Virus record (IMG/VR): IMGVR_UViG_3300027754_000178
Span: 1 to 43,330 of that record
Direction: 5' to 3' (one strand)
Length of the DNA: 43,330 bases
Source of the DNA: a virus
Lineage: Duplodnaviria; Caudoviricetes
In this document: positions 1 through 10,441 of the stretch, in pieces
Layout: each line of letters opens with the position of its first letter
Position numbering within the stretch: the stretch's first letter is position 1
Notes under the pieces: generated by a model
The model's input: the letters and a program-made list of their open reading frames with translations, nothing else
Database searches by the model: none
Told to the model about the DNA's origin: nothing
Made by a program: the position numbers and the translations under genes

Positions 1-2
1 TT

Positions 3-656
3 ATGAGTATTCTTATATCATTACCTTGTTATGGTGGATTGGTGAATGAAAAAACCACCACATCACTTTTCAATCTTGGTAAACTTTTAGTTCGTAATAA
101 CGTAGAACACGGGATTATGACCGTCGCAAATGAGTCACTGATTACTCACGGACGGTCAAGAATTGCTAATTTCTTTATGAATAATACAGAGTTTGAGTAT
201 CTGTTCTGTCTGGATGCTGATGTTGCATTTTCACCAGAAGATATGTTGAAGTTATATTCATATCAAAAACCAATTGTGTCTGCATCTTATCCGATGAAGA
301 CACTGCCTATTAGACACTGTTATGAACTCTATAATCCTGTGAAGTTATGTGGAAATCTGGTGAAGATTGGTGGAGTTGGTATGGGTTTTGTATTAATTCA
401 TAGAAGTGTCTTTGAGAAACTAAATAAACATTATAGTGAATTAAAGTATTTTCCAGGATTGAATAATTCAAACTATCCAATTACTGAAAAAGAATATCAT
501 AATTCATATCACTACTTTGCAGAAATGAATAAAGAAGGAAAATACTTAGGAGAAGATATGAGTTTCTTTCATCGTGTGAGTGATATTGGTTATGATGTTT
601 GGATGGATACAAGTATAGAATTACAGCACATCGGTTCTCACGTATTCGGTAAGTAA
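3..656 (+). CDS. GT-A fold (family 2-like) glycosyltransferase
   Basis: ISLPCYGG N-terminus, SLITHGRSRI, DxD motif (LDADV), GEDMSF and HIG motifs typical of small phage GT2-like proteins. Confidence 0.75.
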   Translation: MSILISLPCYGGLVNEKTTTSLFNLGKLLVRNNVEHGIMTVANESLITHGRSRIANFFMNNTEFEYLFCLDADVAFSPEDMLKLYSYQKPIVSASYPMKTLPIRHCYELYNPVKLCGNLVKIGGVGMGFVLIHRSVFEKLNKHYSELKYFPGLNNSNYPITEKEYHNSYHYFAEMNKEGKYLGEDMSFFHRVSDIGYDVWMDTSIELQHIGSHVFGK

Positions 657-657
657 A

Positions 658-2460
658 ATGGCTATTGGAGTATTTGGTCTACAAGTTGCTTATAAACTAA
701 AAAGACTTGAGGTGATGAGTACTACCAATACTCACGGTTGGTTTGTTGGTGTTGATGGTGCTAATGTTTCACTAACTCGTATTGATTTTTCAAATGATTC
801 GACAAAAACATTATTTACAAGTACTGCTCCTTCAAATTTTGGTGCTTCAACAGGAAACTCTAACTATGGTTGGTTTGGTACTACTTTTCCAGCTCAATCA
901 GCAATAAGCCGTTTAGATTTTTCAAATGATTCTTCAGGATATTCTCCAAGAGCAACACTATCCCAAAAAAGAGATGGTGTACGTGCAACAGGAAACTCTA
1001 ACTATGGTTGGTGGGGAGGAGGACAAGTACCTTTCCCATTTCCGGCAGTATTGCATTCTGTAGTAGACCGTATAGATTTCTCTAATGATTCTGGAACAAC
1101 ATCACCAAGAGGTCCATTAAGTTCGGCAAGATATGGTGTAGCAGCAACAGGAAACTCTAATTATGGTTGGTTTGGTGGTGGTGGTCCTCCAGCAGTAGCA
1201 ACAGTAGACCGTATAGATTTCTCTAATGATTTATCAACAGTATCAGTAAGAGGTTCATTAAGTTTAGCAAGACGTAATTTAGCAGCAACAGGAAATTCTA
1301 ATTATGGTTGGTTTGGTGGTGGTACTCCTGGACCATTATCAACAATAGAGCGTATAGATTTCTCCAATGATTTGGCAGCAGCATCAGTCAGAGGTTCATT
1401 GAGTGTATCCGAAATCCAATCAGCAGCAACAGGAAACTCTAATTACGGATGGTTTTTCAGATCAAACATAGATCGTATAGATTTCTCCAATGATACTGGA
1501 GCAGCATCAGTTAGAGTTTCATCCTCATTGCAAGGATCAACAGCAACATCAGGACAAGCAAAAGGACCAGCAATCAAACTGCAAAAAGCAGGGAATTATG
1601 GTTGGTTTGGTGGTGGTCAAACTGCACCATCAACAAGAGTATCAACAGTAGACCGTATAGATTTCTCAAATGATTTGGCAACAATATCACCGAGAGGTTC
1701 ATTAACTTCACCAGGAATAGGTGGTTTGGCAGTAACAGGAAACTCTAACTATGGTTGGTTTGGTGGTGGACAAACTACACCATCAACAAGAGTATCAACA
1801 GTAGACCGTATAGATTTTTCAAATGATTCTTCAAGAGCATCACCAAGAGGTTCATTAAGTATAGAAAGAACTTCATTAGCAGCAACAGGAAACTCTAACT
1901 ATGGTTGGTTTGCTGGTGGTATTCCTGGACCAATACTAGCAGTAGACCGTATAGATTTTTCTAATGATAATGCAGCAATATCACCAAGAGGTCCATTGAG
2001 TGCCGCAAGATATGCTGCTGCAGCAACAGGAAACTCTAACTATGGTTGGTTTGGTGGTGGATTTACATTACCTTTCGCAGCACTAGCAACAGTAGACCGT
2101 ATAGATTTCTCTAATGATTTAGCAGCAATATCACCAAGAGGTTCATTGGGTTCTGCTAATGGTGATTTAGCAGCAACAGGAAACTCCAACTATGGTTGGT
2201 TTGGTGGAGCCAATTCTATGTTTAGGATAAATTTTTTAAATGATTTAGAAAAAACATTAGACAGAGGTAATTTAAGTATTCAAAGATCAACTCTCGCAGC
2301 AACAGGAAACTCCAACTATGGTTGGTTTGGTGGTGGATTTCCGTATGTTGCGGATGTAGAGAGAATAAATTTCTCTAATGATTTGGTATCAGCATCATCC
2401 AGAAGTCCATTAGGATCTCCAAAAGCTCTTCTAAGAGCAACCTCCAACAGCACCAGATAA
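658..2460 (+). CDS. Kelch-like repeat protein 1 (12 repeats, two putative 6-bladed beta-propellers), likely virion/tail-associated
   Basis: 12 copies of ATGNSNYGWFGGG-(variable)-VDRIDFSND-x-RGxLS; linker ATSGQ...QKAG after repeat 6. Confidence 0.75.
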   Translation: MAIGVFGLQVAYKLKRLEVMSTTNTHGWFVGVDGANVSLTRIDFSNDSTKTLFTSTAPSNFGASTGNSNYGWFGTTFPAQSAISRLDFSNDSSGYSPRATLSQKRDGVRATGNSNYGWWGGGQVPFPFPAVLHSVVDRIDFSNDSGTTSPRGPLSSARYGVAATGNSNYGWFGGGGPPAVATVDRIDFSNDLSTVSVRGSLSLARRNLAATGNSNYGWFGGGTPGPLSTIERIDFSNDLAAASVRGSLSVSEIQSAATGNSNYGWFFRSNIDRIDFSNDTGAASVRVSSSLQGSTATSGQAKGPAIKLQKAGNYGWFGGGQTAPSTRVSTVDRIDFSNDLATISPRGSLTSPGIGGLAVTGNSNYGWFGGGQTTPSTRVSTVDRIDFSNDSSRASPRGSLSIERTSLAATGNSNYGWFAGGIPGPILAVDRIDFSNDNAAISPRGPLSAARYAAAATGNSNYGWFGGGFTLPFAALATVDRIDFSNDLAAISPRGSLGSANGDLAATGNSNYGWFGGANSMFRINFLNDLEKTLDRGNLSIQRSTLAATGNSNYGWFGGGFPYVADVERINFSNDLVSASSRSPLGSPKALLRATSNSTR

Positions 2461-2484
2461 ATAACTCAAACTACATTATTACTG

Positions 2485-3093
2485 ATGAAGCAGAACATTA
2501 TTATTGTTGATAATTTCTATGAGAATCCATATGAAGTTCGTCAATATGCACTAAATCTTGAATATCCACAACCAGAAAATCACACATATCCAGGTAGAAA
2601 CTCAAACGGAACTTTTTATACACAAGAGATTCACGATAAGTTTGAGAACCTCATTGGAAGACATTTAGTTCCTGCTGATTGTGGTAATCACGGAGATTTT
2701 AGATTATCATTAGAAGCAGATACATATCAACAAGATATTCATATTGACCCAATCTGGGAATGGGGTTGTGTTCTTTATATGAATCTACCACATCAGGTTA
2801 TTGATGAGGCAGGAACATCTTTTTGGAAACATAAGAAGTTAGGATGGGAAAAATGTCCTGAAAGAGAAGAAGCATCTTGGTTTGGTTATACTTCTTATGA
2901 TGAAATCCGTGATGGTATTATCTACGGTGATGGACTTGACCGTTCCAAGTGGGAGAGATACTGTCTTGCAAATATGAAGTATAATAGAGCAGTCATCTTT
3001 GACCCAAAACTCTGGCATTCGCACGGAGCAAACTTTGGAGATTGTTTAGAAAATGGTAGATTAGTTCAATTGTTCTTTTTTAATAATGCATAA
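2485..3093 (+). CDS. 2OG-Fe(II) oxygenase (DUF6445-like)
   Basis: IIVDNFYENP start, HxD (IHID), distal His (WHSH) and RLVQLFFF end. Confidence 0.75.
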   Translation: MKQNIIIVDNFYENPYEVRQYALNLEYPQPENHTYPGRNSNGTFYTQEIHDKFENLIGRHLVPADCGNHGDFRLSLEADTYQQDIHIDPIWEWGCVLYMNLPHQVIDEAGTSFWKHKKLGWEKCPEREEASWFGYTSYDEIRDGIIYGDGLDRSKWERYCLANMKYNRAVIFDPKLWHSHGANFGDCLENGRLVQLFFFNNA

Positions 3094-3916
3094 GACTTAT
3101 TTTTTTGAAAGTGGATTACCTCGTTCTGGTTCTACATTACTTTCTGCAATTCTAAATCAAAATCCAGACATTCATTGTGGTGCGATTTCTCCTGTGTTGG
3201 AGATTATGTATTATACAGAGCAATACTTTGAAGGTTCAGAGCAGGCACTTGCATATCCAAAACCAGCACAGCATCATAAGATTATTTCAAGTGTGATTGA
3301 TAATTATTATGATGATATTGATAAACCAATTGTAATAGATAAGTGCCGTGCCTGGCCCAATAATGTTGACCGATTACAAGAATACATTACAAAGACTCCA
3401 AAGATTCTGTGTCCTGTAAGAGATGTGATAGAGATTCTTGCATCGTTTATTCAAATGATTCATCGCAATTCTAATCAAGTATCATTCGTAGATAAGGCAC
3501 TCATAGAGAAGGGATATAAACCTACTGATGATAATCGGTGTGATTATCTAATGTGCCCTGAAGGTATTGTAGACCAGTCTCTGTATGCCTTTGGAGAGGG
3601 GTTTAATAAAGGATGTGAGAAGTATATGCATATGATTGAGTATAATGACTTGGTGAATCGTCCAGAAGAGACTATGCGTAAGATTTATCAGTTTTTAGAG
3701 ATTCCTGAATACAAACACGACTTTGGAAATGTGAGTCATAAATACAGAGAGAGAGATGATGAAGTTTACGGATTGAGTGATATGCACGAAGTTCGTAAGC
3801 AGGTGAAAAGAACTTCTAAAAGACCTGAAGAAGTTTTGAGTGATTATGTATTGAATAAGTATTCTGGTATGGAATTTTGGAGAAAGGCAAAACAACCCAT
3901 CAGTCTTTTCATATAA
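3086..3916 (+). CDS. PAPS-dependent sulfotransferase
   Basis: 5'-PSB loop SGLPRSGSTLL, IDKCRAW, PVRD..EILAS, IEYNDLV..PEET. Confidence 0.85.
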   Translation: MHKTYFFESGLPRSGSTLLSAILNQNPDIHCGAISPVLEIMYYTEQYFEGSEQALAYPKPAQHHKIISSVIDNYYDDIDKPIVIDKCRAWPNNVDRLQEYITKTPKILCPVRDVIEILASFIQMIHRNSNQVSFVDKALIEKGYKPTDDNRCDYLMCPEGIVDQSLYAFGEGFNKGCEKYMHMIEYNDLVNRPEETMRKIYQFLEIPEYKHDFGNVSHKYRERDDEVYGLSDMHEVRKQVKRTSKRPEEVLSDYVLNKYSGMEFWRKAKQPISLFI

Positions 3917-3920
3917 GTAA

Positions 3921-5753
3921 ATGACAATCAATAATAACAATATATTTGGAGCATTTACTCTTAATGAAGCAAGAGGGTCAAGACTGACTGGTGATTGGTT
4001 GAATAAAGAATCCGTTGCGAATTATGGTTGGTTTGGTGGGGGTGCTCTGGGAACACCATCAGCAGTAGCAACAGTAGACCGTATAGATTTCTCTAATGAT
4101 TTAGCAACAGCAACAGCAAGAGGACCGTTAAGTTCCGCAAGAGGATATTTAGCAGCAACAGGAAACTCTAACTATGGTTGGTTTGGTGGGGGTGCTAATG
4201 CAACACCAGCAATACAATCAACAGTAGACCGTATAGATTTCTCAAATGATTCCGCAACAGCATCACAAAGAGGTCCATTAAGTTTAGCAAGACAACAATT
4301 AGCAGCAACAGGAAACTCTAATTATGGTTGGTTTGGTGGTGGTGGTACTCCAGGAGCAGTATCAACAGTAGAACGTATAGATTTCTCTAATGATTCTTCC
4401 ACGGCATCACCAAGAGGTCCATTAAGTTTAGGAAGAACTGGTTTATCAGCAACAGGAAACTCCAATTATGGTTGGTTTAGTGCAACAGTAGACCGTATAG
4501 ATTTCTCAAATGATTCTTCCACGGCATCAGTTAGAGGACCATTAAGTTCATCAAAAAATTTATCAGCAGCAACAGGAAACTCTAACTATGGTTGGTTTGG
4601 TGGTGATAGTATTGGTTCAGTAATATTAGACCGTATAGATTTCTCTAATGATACTAGAACAGCAATAGCAAGAGGTCCATTAAGTTCGTCCAGAGATAGA
4701 TTGGCAGCAACAGGAAACTCTAACTTTGGTTGGTTTGGTGGTGGTGCTCCTGGACCATTAGCAACGGTAGAACGTATAGATTTTTCTAATGATACTCCAA
4801 TACTATCACCAAGAGGTGCATTAAGTCAAGCAAGGATAAGATTAGCAGCAACCTCAGGAGTTCTCAATATTCGCAGACAAAAAGCAGGGAATTATGGTTG
4901 GTTTGGTGGGGGGTTTACTACAGTTGCAGTAGCAACATTAGACCGTATAGATTTCTCTAATGATACTGTTACTGGACCATCATTAATAAGAGGTTCATTA
5001 AGTTCGGCAAGAACTGATTTCACAGCAACAGGAAATTCTAATTATGGTTGGTTTGGTGGTGGTGGTCCTGGACCAGTAGCAAGAGTAGACCGTATAGATT
5101 TCTCTAACGATTCAGCAACAGCATCAATAAGAGGTCCATTAAGTGTAGGAAGGGATTCATTAGCAGCAACAGGAAACTCTAATTATGGTTGGTTTGGTGG
5201 TGGATTTCCTGCAGTAGCAACAGTAGACCGTATAGATTTCTCTAATGATTTAGCAACAGCATCACCAAGAGGTTTATTAAGTTCTTCGAGATATAGAGGA
5301 GCAGCAACAGGAAACTCTAACTATGGTTGGTTTGGTGGTGGACAACCTGGACCAGTAGCAACAGTAGACCGTATAGATTTCTCTAATGATACTGTTACTG
5401 GACCATCATTAATAAGAGGTTCATTAAGTTCGGCAAGAAGGCATTTAGCAGCAACAGGAAACTCTAATTATGGTTGGTTTGGTGGTGGATTTCCTGCAGT
5501 AGCAACAGTAGACCGTATAGATTTCTCTAATGATTCCGCAACAGCATTACAAAGAGGTCCATTAAGTTCACCAAGAGGTAGATTGTCAGCAACAGGAAAC
5601 TCTAATTATGGTTGGTTTGGTGGTGGATTTCCTGCAGTAGCAACAGTAGACCGTATAAATTTCTCTAATGATTCCGCAACAGCATCACCAAGAGGTCCAT
5701 TAAGTTCAGCAAGAGGATATTTGGCAGCAACCTCCAACACACCAATAGGATAA
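3921..5753 (+). CDS. Kelch-like repeat protein 2 (12 repeats, 6+6)
   Basis: Same repeat unit; linker ATSGVLNIRRQKAG; C-terminus ATSNTPIG. Confidence 0.75.
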   Translation: MTINNNNIFGAFTLNEARGSRLTGDWLNKESVANYGWFGGGALGTPSAVATVDRIDFSNDLATATARGPLSSARGYLAATGNSNYGWFGGGANATPAIQSTVDRIDFSNDSATASQRGPLSLARQQLAATGNSNYGWFGGGGTPGAVSTVERIDFSNDSSTASPRGPLSLGRTGLSATGNSNYGWFSATVDRIDFSNDSSTASVRGPLSSSKNLSAATGNSNYGWFGGDSIGSVILDRIDFSNDTRTAIARGPLSSSRDRLAATGNSNFGWFGGGAPGPLATVERIDFSNDTPILSPRGALSQARIRLAATSGVLNIRRQKAGNYGWFGGGFTTVAVATLDRIDFSNDTVTGPSLIRGSLSSARTDFTATGNSNYGWFGGGGPGPVARVDRIDFSNDSATASIRGPLSVGRDSLAATGNSNYGWFGGGFPAVATVDRIDFSNDLATASPRGLLSSSRYRGAATGNSNYGWFGGGQPGPVATVDRIDFSNDTVTGPSLIRGSLSSARRHLAATGNSNYGWFGGGFPAVATVDRIDFSNDSATALQRGPLSSPRGRLSATGNSNYGWFGGGFPAVATVDRINFSNDSATASPRGPLSSARGYLAATSNTPIG

Positions 5754-5756
5754 ATT

Positions 5757-7490
5757 ATGAAATCAGGAGCAAGTGAAAGTTCTTATTTTTTTCTTGAAGA
5801 ATATTATAAGTTTCCAGAAAACATTATAGTTTCTCATTTACCACAAGAACTTCAACAATCAAATAAACCAGTCAAAGTATTATGGTCGCAACATTCTTAC
5901 GACCAACCAGTATATCTTAACTTTGATTTTTCAATTTGTGATTTAATTGTCTCTCCATCTAACTGGTGTAGAGAACAGTTTATTAAGTATCATCATATTC
6001 CAGAAGATAAAATCGTCACAATTCCAACAGGAGTATCAAAGCAATTCACATACTCATCAAGAAAATCAAAAACATTCATCTATACTTCTATTCCATATAA
6101 AGGTCTTGAAGTATTAGCACAAATCATTCCTCATATTCCAGAGGCAACCTTTAAGATTTTCTCTGCGATGAATCTTTATGATATAAAAGAAGACCCATAT
6201 ACAGAACTTTATGAGTATCTCAAATCACTTCCAAATGTCATCTACTCACCAGCAGTAGACCAGGCAGAACTGATAGAGCACTTACAAGATGCAGCATTCT
6301 TCATTCATCCTAATATCTGGGAAGAAACATTCTGTGTTTCATTGGCAGAAGCAATGTCTTGTGGATGCTTTCCAATTCTTACAGATATTGGAGCACTCCC
6401 AGAAGTATCAAATGAGATTGCAAATATTGTTCCTATGGAAGGAACAAGAACTTCCACTGGATATCAAGTCACAGATAACTTCCTAAATAACTTTATAGAT
6501 GCCTGTAAATCTGCATTATATTTCTTTGATAATGACAGGCAATACTACGACCAAATTTCACAATCTGTTTCACATTATGCTACTGAAACTTATGATTGGA
6601 AAAAAATTGCAAACGTTTGGAAACAAACATTAGAACCATTTAATAAACAAACTATGACTGAAAATTGTAACCAACTGCAAATTATTTCCCCAGAGGAAGC
6701 AGTAAATAACGAAGAATATCTAAAACAAGCATTTGAAGAAGTGCTTCGTTGGGAAGAAGCAGATAAAGAACTCGCACAAGGAAGAACAAACTTCCAGATT
6801 GAGAAGTTCTTTCTGTTAGAGCAATATACAGTTCCAGCAGCATTTCAGGCAGCAATCAAGAATCGTCGTATTCTTGCCGAAGGTTATATGCAGAAACTGA
6901 TTGAGATGAAAGAGAAGGTTCGTGAGTTTGAGTATCGTTGGAAAGATAAGAATACCGATGAACCTGTAGAGTGGCATACTTCTGGACCGAATGGTGGTTC
7001 AAAAAAACTCTACTGGCACGATTTGGATTCAATCTCAACTCAAAACTATCTAAAGTCTTGTGAGTTGGAGATTCGTGACCGCATTCAACAGATGAATTTC
7101 TTTGATAAGATTATTAATCGTTTGATTGAACTGAATGGTGGTAAGACAGTCACCAGAGAACAGTTTGAGAATGAGGACCACGTTTATTGGGAACGTCGTT
7201 TTGCAGAGCAATCTCTGGATGAAATGGTGAGTTCCAAGACTGGTATTAGTATCGGTAATCTTCACTCAATGAGAAGAGGAACTGCTCCTACATTGGTCAG
7301 TGATGATGCAAACAGAATCAAGAATGGTTATGGTTCACTTGCTGATGCAATTGATAATCCAGAAAGATTTTTGAATACTCTGCAAGAGAAAGTTCTTCGT
7401 GGTATTGAAGAAGTGACGAATACTGATTTAGGTTTGCTTGCACCTGGAGCAGAACAGCATCAACAACTTTTAGAATCCAGAAACTCATAA
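5757..7490 (+). CDS. GT-B (family 4-like) glycosyltransferase fused to a helical C-terminal domain
   Basis: YTSIPYKGL and HPNIWEETFCVSLAEAMSCG (ExxxxxxxE) motifs; about 280 aa charged helical tail from MTENCNQ (6654). Confidence 0.8.
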   Translation: MKSGASESSYFFLEEYYKFPENIIVSHLPQELQQSNKPVKVLWSQHSYDQPVYLNFDFSICDLIVSPSNWCREQFIKYHHIPEDKIVTIPTGVSKQFTYSSRKSKTFIYTSIPYKGLEVLAQIIPHIPEATFKIFSAMNLYDIKEDPYTELYEYLKSLPNVIYSPAVDQAELIEHLQDAAFFIHPNIWEETFCVSLAEAMSCGCFPILTDIGALPEVSNEIANIVPMEGTRTSTGYQVTDNFLNNFIDACKSALYFFDNDRQYYDQISQSVSHYATETYDWKKIANVWKQTLEPFNKQTMTENCNQLQIISPEEAVNNEEYLKQAFEEVLRWEEADKELAQGRTNFQIEKFFLLEQYTVPAAFQAAIKNRRILAEGYMQKLIEMKEKVREFEYRWKDKNTDEPVEWHTSGPNGGSKKLYWHDLDSISTQNYLKSCELEIRDRIQQMNFFDKIINRLIELNGGKTVTREQFENEDHVYWERRFAEQSLDEMVSSKTGISIGNLHSMRRGTAPTLVSDDANRIKNGYGSLADAIDNPERFLNTLQEKVLRGIEEVTNTDLGLLAPGAEQHQQLLESRNS

Positions 7491-7501
7491 GGAGAAAGTA
7501 G

Positions 7502-9766
7502 ATGCCAGCAGGAGATGTATTTGGGCTAGATGGTATTTTTCTTACCAAATCAAATCCTGTTGTTGTTTCTACAATAGGTATCAATTCCACTGCTGCTGGT
7601 GCTGGTATTACTGTTGTGAGTGGAGTTTTAAATACTACTGCTGGTATTGCAACTCTCACTCTTTCAACTGCTGCTGGTCTTTCTACAACACCTTTTTATA
7701 CGGGCACCAAGATCGCAGTTTCTGGTCTTTCCAGTTCTACTGGTGTAGCATTTACTGGATATAATGGAACTTTTGTAGTCACAGGATTTGCAGGAACAAC
7801 AACAGTTTCTTATGCAACTACTGGTTATGTTGGTTCTGTAACTGCTGGTATTACCACAACTGGTAGAGTGATTTTAGTAAGTGATACTCAAGTTACTAAT
7901 ACCATTTGGAGTAGTGCTCAAACTCACGGTTGGTTTGGTGGTGGTGAAAGTCCAGGATTTGGCATCTCAACAGTAGACCGTATAGATTTTTCAAATGATA
8001 CTAGAACTGCAAATATTAGAGGTTTTCTAAGTTCAGGAAGACGACAATTTGCAGCAACAGGAAACTCCAACTATGGTTGGTTTGGTGGTGGTGTAACTTC
8101 CGCGCCTGCAATTACATCAACAGTAGACCGTATAGATTTCACAAATGATTCTTCCACAACATCAATAAGAGGTTCATTAAATTCTGCTAGATATTTTCTT
8201 GCAGCAACAGGAAACTCTAATTATGGTTGGTTTAGTGGTGGTATAAATCCAGCACTTCCAGTATTTTCAACAGTAAACCGTATAAATTTCTCTAATGATT
8301 CTTCTACGGCATCACCAAGAAGTCCATTAAGTTCAGCAAGATATAGTTTAGCAGCAACAGGAAACTCTAATTACGGTTGGTTTGGTGGTGGTGGATCTCC
8401 AGTAGTATCAACAGTAGACCGTATAGATTTCTCTAATGATTCTTCCACGGCATCACCAAGAAGTCCATTAAGTTTAGCAAGACGACATCTTGCAGCAACG
8501 GGAAACTCCAACTTTGGTTGGTTTGGTGGTGGTGGTATTCTTCCAGCAATATCATCAACAGTACAACGTATAGATTTCTCTAATGATTTAGCAACAGCAA
8601 CAGTAAGAGGTCCATTAAGTTTAGCAAGACTTAGACTAGCAGCAACAGGAAATTCCAATTATGGTTGGTTTGGTGGTGGTGCTCCTGCTCCTGGTGTATC
8701 AGCATCAACAGTAGACCGTATAGATTTCTCTAATGATTCTGCAACAGCATCACCAAGAGGTCTATTAAGTTCCGCAAAATATAATTCGGCAGCAACATCA
8801 GGACAAGCAAGGTCTTCAAGTATTCGTCTACAAAAAGCAGGGAATTATGGTTGGTTTGGTGGTGGATCACCTTCACCTTCTCCACCACCATTTCCTTTAT
8901 CAATTACAACAATAGAACGTATAGATTTTTCTAACGACTTATCGGCAATATCACCAAGAGGTGGATTTTTAACAGGAAGACGACAATTTGCAGCAACAGG
9001 AAACTCTAACTTTGGTTGGTTTGGTGGTGGGGTTATAACACTATCAAATTTTCCTCTATTTTCATCAGTAGAACGTATAGATTTTTCTAATGATAATGCA
9101 ACAGCATCAGTAAGAGGTCCATTAAGTTCAGAAAGATGGTTGTTTGCAGCAACAGGAAACTCTAACTATGGTTGGTTTTGTTCTGCTTCTCCACTACCAT
9201 CAGCACCAGTAGACCGTATAGATTTCTCTAATGATTCTGCAAAAGCATTAGTTAGAGGTTCATTAAATATTTCGGCAGTACCAAGTTCAAGCAAAGAAGA
9301 ATTAGCAGCAACAGGAAACTCTAACTATGGTTGGTTTGGTGGAGGTACTAGCCCTAATGGTACTATTGAAACAATCTCAAGAGTAGACCGTATAGATTTC
9401 TCTAATGATTTAGCAACAGCATCACCAAGAGGTCCATTAAGTTTAGCAAGATATAATTTAGCAGCAACAGGAAACTCTAACTATGGTTGGTTTGGTGGTG
9501 GACAACCTGGACCATCAGCAAGAGTAGATCGTATAGATTTCTCTAATGATTCTGCAACAGCATCAATAAGAGGTCCACTAAGTTCACCAACAGATGGATT
9601 AACAGCAACAGGGAACTCTAATTATGGTTGGTTTGGTGGTGGTTTTGCAACAGCAAAAGTAGACCGTATAGATTTCTCTAATGATTCTGCAACAGCATCA
9701 CCAAGAGGTCCATTAAGTGCTGCAAGAGCATATTTAGCAGCAACCTCCAACACACCAGTAGGATAA
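7502..9766 (+). CDS. Kelch-like repeat protein 3 (12 repeats, 6+6) with an extra Thr/Gly-rich N-terminal beta domain
   Basis: Same repeats; N-terminal ATLTLSTAAGL...VSG...YNGTFVVTG segment resembles beta-sandwich modules of phage tail proteins; GGAG RBS. Confidence 0.75.
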   Translation: MPAGDVFGLDGIFLTKSNPVVVSTIGINSTAAGAGITVVSGVLNTTAGIATLTLSTAAGLSTTPFYTGTKIAVSGLSSSTGVAFTGYNGTFVVTGFAGTTTVSYATTGYVGSVTAGITTTGRVILVSDTQVTNTIWSSAQTHGWFGGGESPGFGISTVDRIDFSNDTRTANIRGFLSSGRRQFAATGNSNYGWFGGGVTSAPAITSTVDRIDFTNDSSTTSIRGSLNSARYFLAATGNSNYGWFSGGINPALPVFSTVNRINFSNDSSTASPRSPLSSARYSLAATGNSNYGWFGGGGSPVVSTVDRIDFSNDSSTASPRSPLSLARRHLAATGNSNFGWFGGGGILPAISSTVQRIDFSNDLATATVRGPLSLARLRLAATGNSNYGWFGGGAPAPGVSASTVDRIDFSNDSATASPRGLLSSAKYNSAATSGQARSSSIRLQKAGNYGWFGGGSPSPSPPPFPLSITTIERIDFSNDLSAISPRGGFLTGRRQFAATGNSNFGWFGGGVITLSNFPLFSSVERIDFSNDNATASVRGPLSSERWLFAATGNSNYGWFCSASPLPSAPVDRIDFSNDSAKALVRGSLNISAVPSSSKEELAATGNSNYGWFGGGTSPNGTIETISRVDRIDFSNDLATASPRGPLSLARYNLAATGNSNYGWFGGGQPGPSARVDRIDFSNDSATASIRGPLSSPTDGLTATGNSNYGWFGGGFATAKVDRIDFSNDSATASPRGPLSAARAYLAATSNTPVG

Positions 9767-9790
9767 ATAACTCAAACTACATTATTACTA

Positions 9791-10441
9791 ATGAATTTAT
9801 TATCCAAAGTTTTGATTGCACCAAAGGTCATCAGTCAAGAAGGTATTGATGCTCTGGTAAATCATATGAAAACTTCAAAGACAGAAGACCTTTCAGTATT
9901 TGACCCAGACAAATCCAATCAGACACGAGGAACTGAATGGATTACTGATAAGAGAACAAGAGATACTCAAATCGCACCAATTGAACCTGTATTTCCACAG
10001 GTCAATGAGTTGATGCATCATGTTGTAAAGCAAGTTATCAATCCTTTCTATCAGTTTGAAGTTGATAGTAGTGAAGTTCCACAACTGCTTTGTTATGATG
10101 TAGGAGGACACTACCAACCTCATATTGATGGTGAAGGTATATGGACTGCACCAGACCAAACTCAAATTTGGAGAAAGACAGTAGACCGTGATTTGTCTAT
10201 GGTCTTATATTTGAATGATGGTTTTGAAGGTGGAGATTTTGTATTTCCTGACCTTCATATTCGCATTCGTCCTGAGCCTGGAATGTTGGTATGTTTCCCT
10301 TCCAATCGTTATTATATGCACGGTGTAGAACCAGTCACCAAAGGAAACAGATATTCTATGGTGACCTGGATGACGGTAAAAGGATTTGAGAGTATGGAGA
10401 CACAATCTAATAATCTTAAAGCAAAGTATGGTGTTTGTTAA
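9791..10441 (+). CDS. 2OG-Fe(II) oxygenase, prolyl 4-hydroxylase-like
   Basis: YDVGGHYQPHID, LSMVLYLNDGFEGGDFVF, FPS..YMHGVEPVTKGNRYS. Confidence 0.88.
   Translation: MNLLSKVLIAPKVISQEGIDALVNHMKTSKTEDLSVFDPDKSNQTRGTEWITDKRTRDTQIAPIEPVFPQVNELMHHVVKQVINPFYQFEVDSSEVPQLLCYDVGGHYQPHIDGEGIWTAPDQTQIWRKTVDRDLSMVLYLNDGFEGGDFVFPDLHIRIRPEPGMLVCFPSNRYYMHGVEPVTKGNRYSMVTWMTVKGFESMETQSNNLKAKYGVC

Noticed and set aside
658-9766. Regular DNA repeats with variable spacers resembling a CRISPR array
   Set aside because: The repeats are in-frame protein repeats within long ORFs, and no cas genes are present.
658-9766. Diversity-generating retroelement
   Set aside because: No reverse transcriptase in the window; variation is indel-rich and not adenine-specific.
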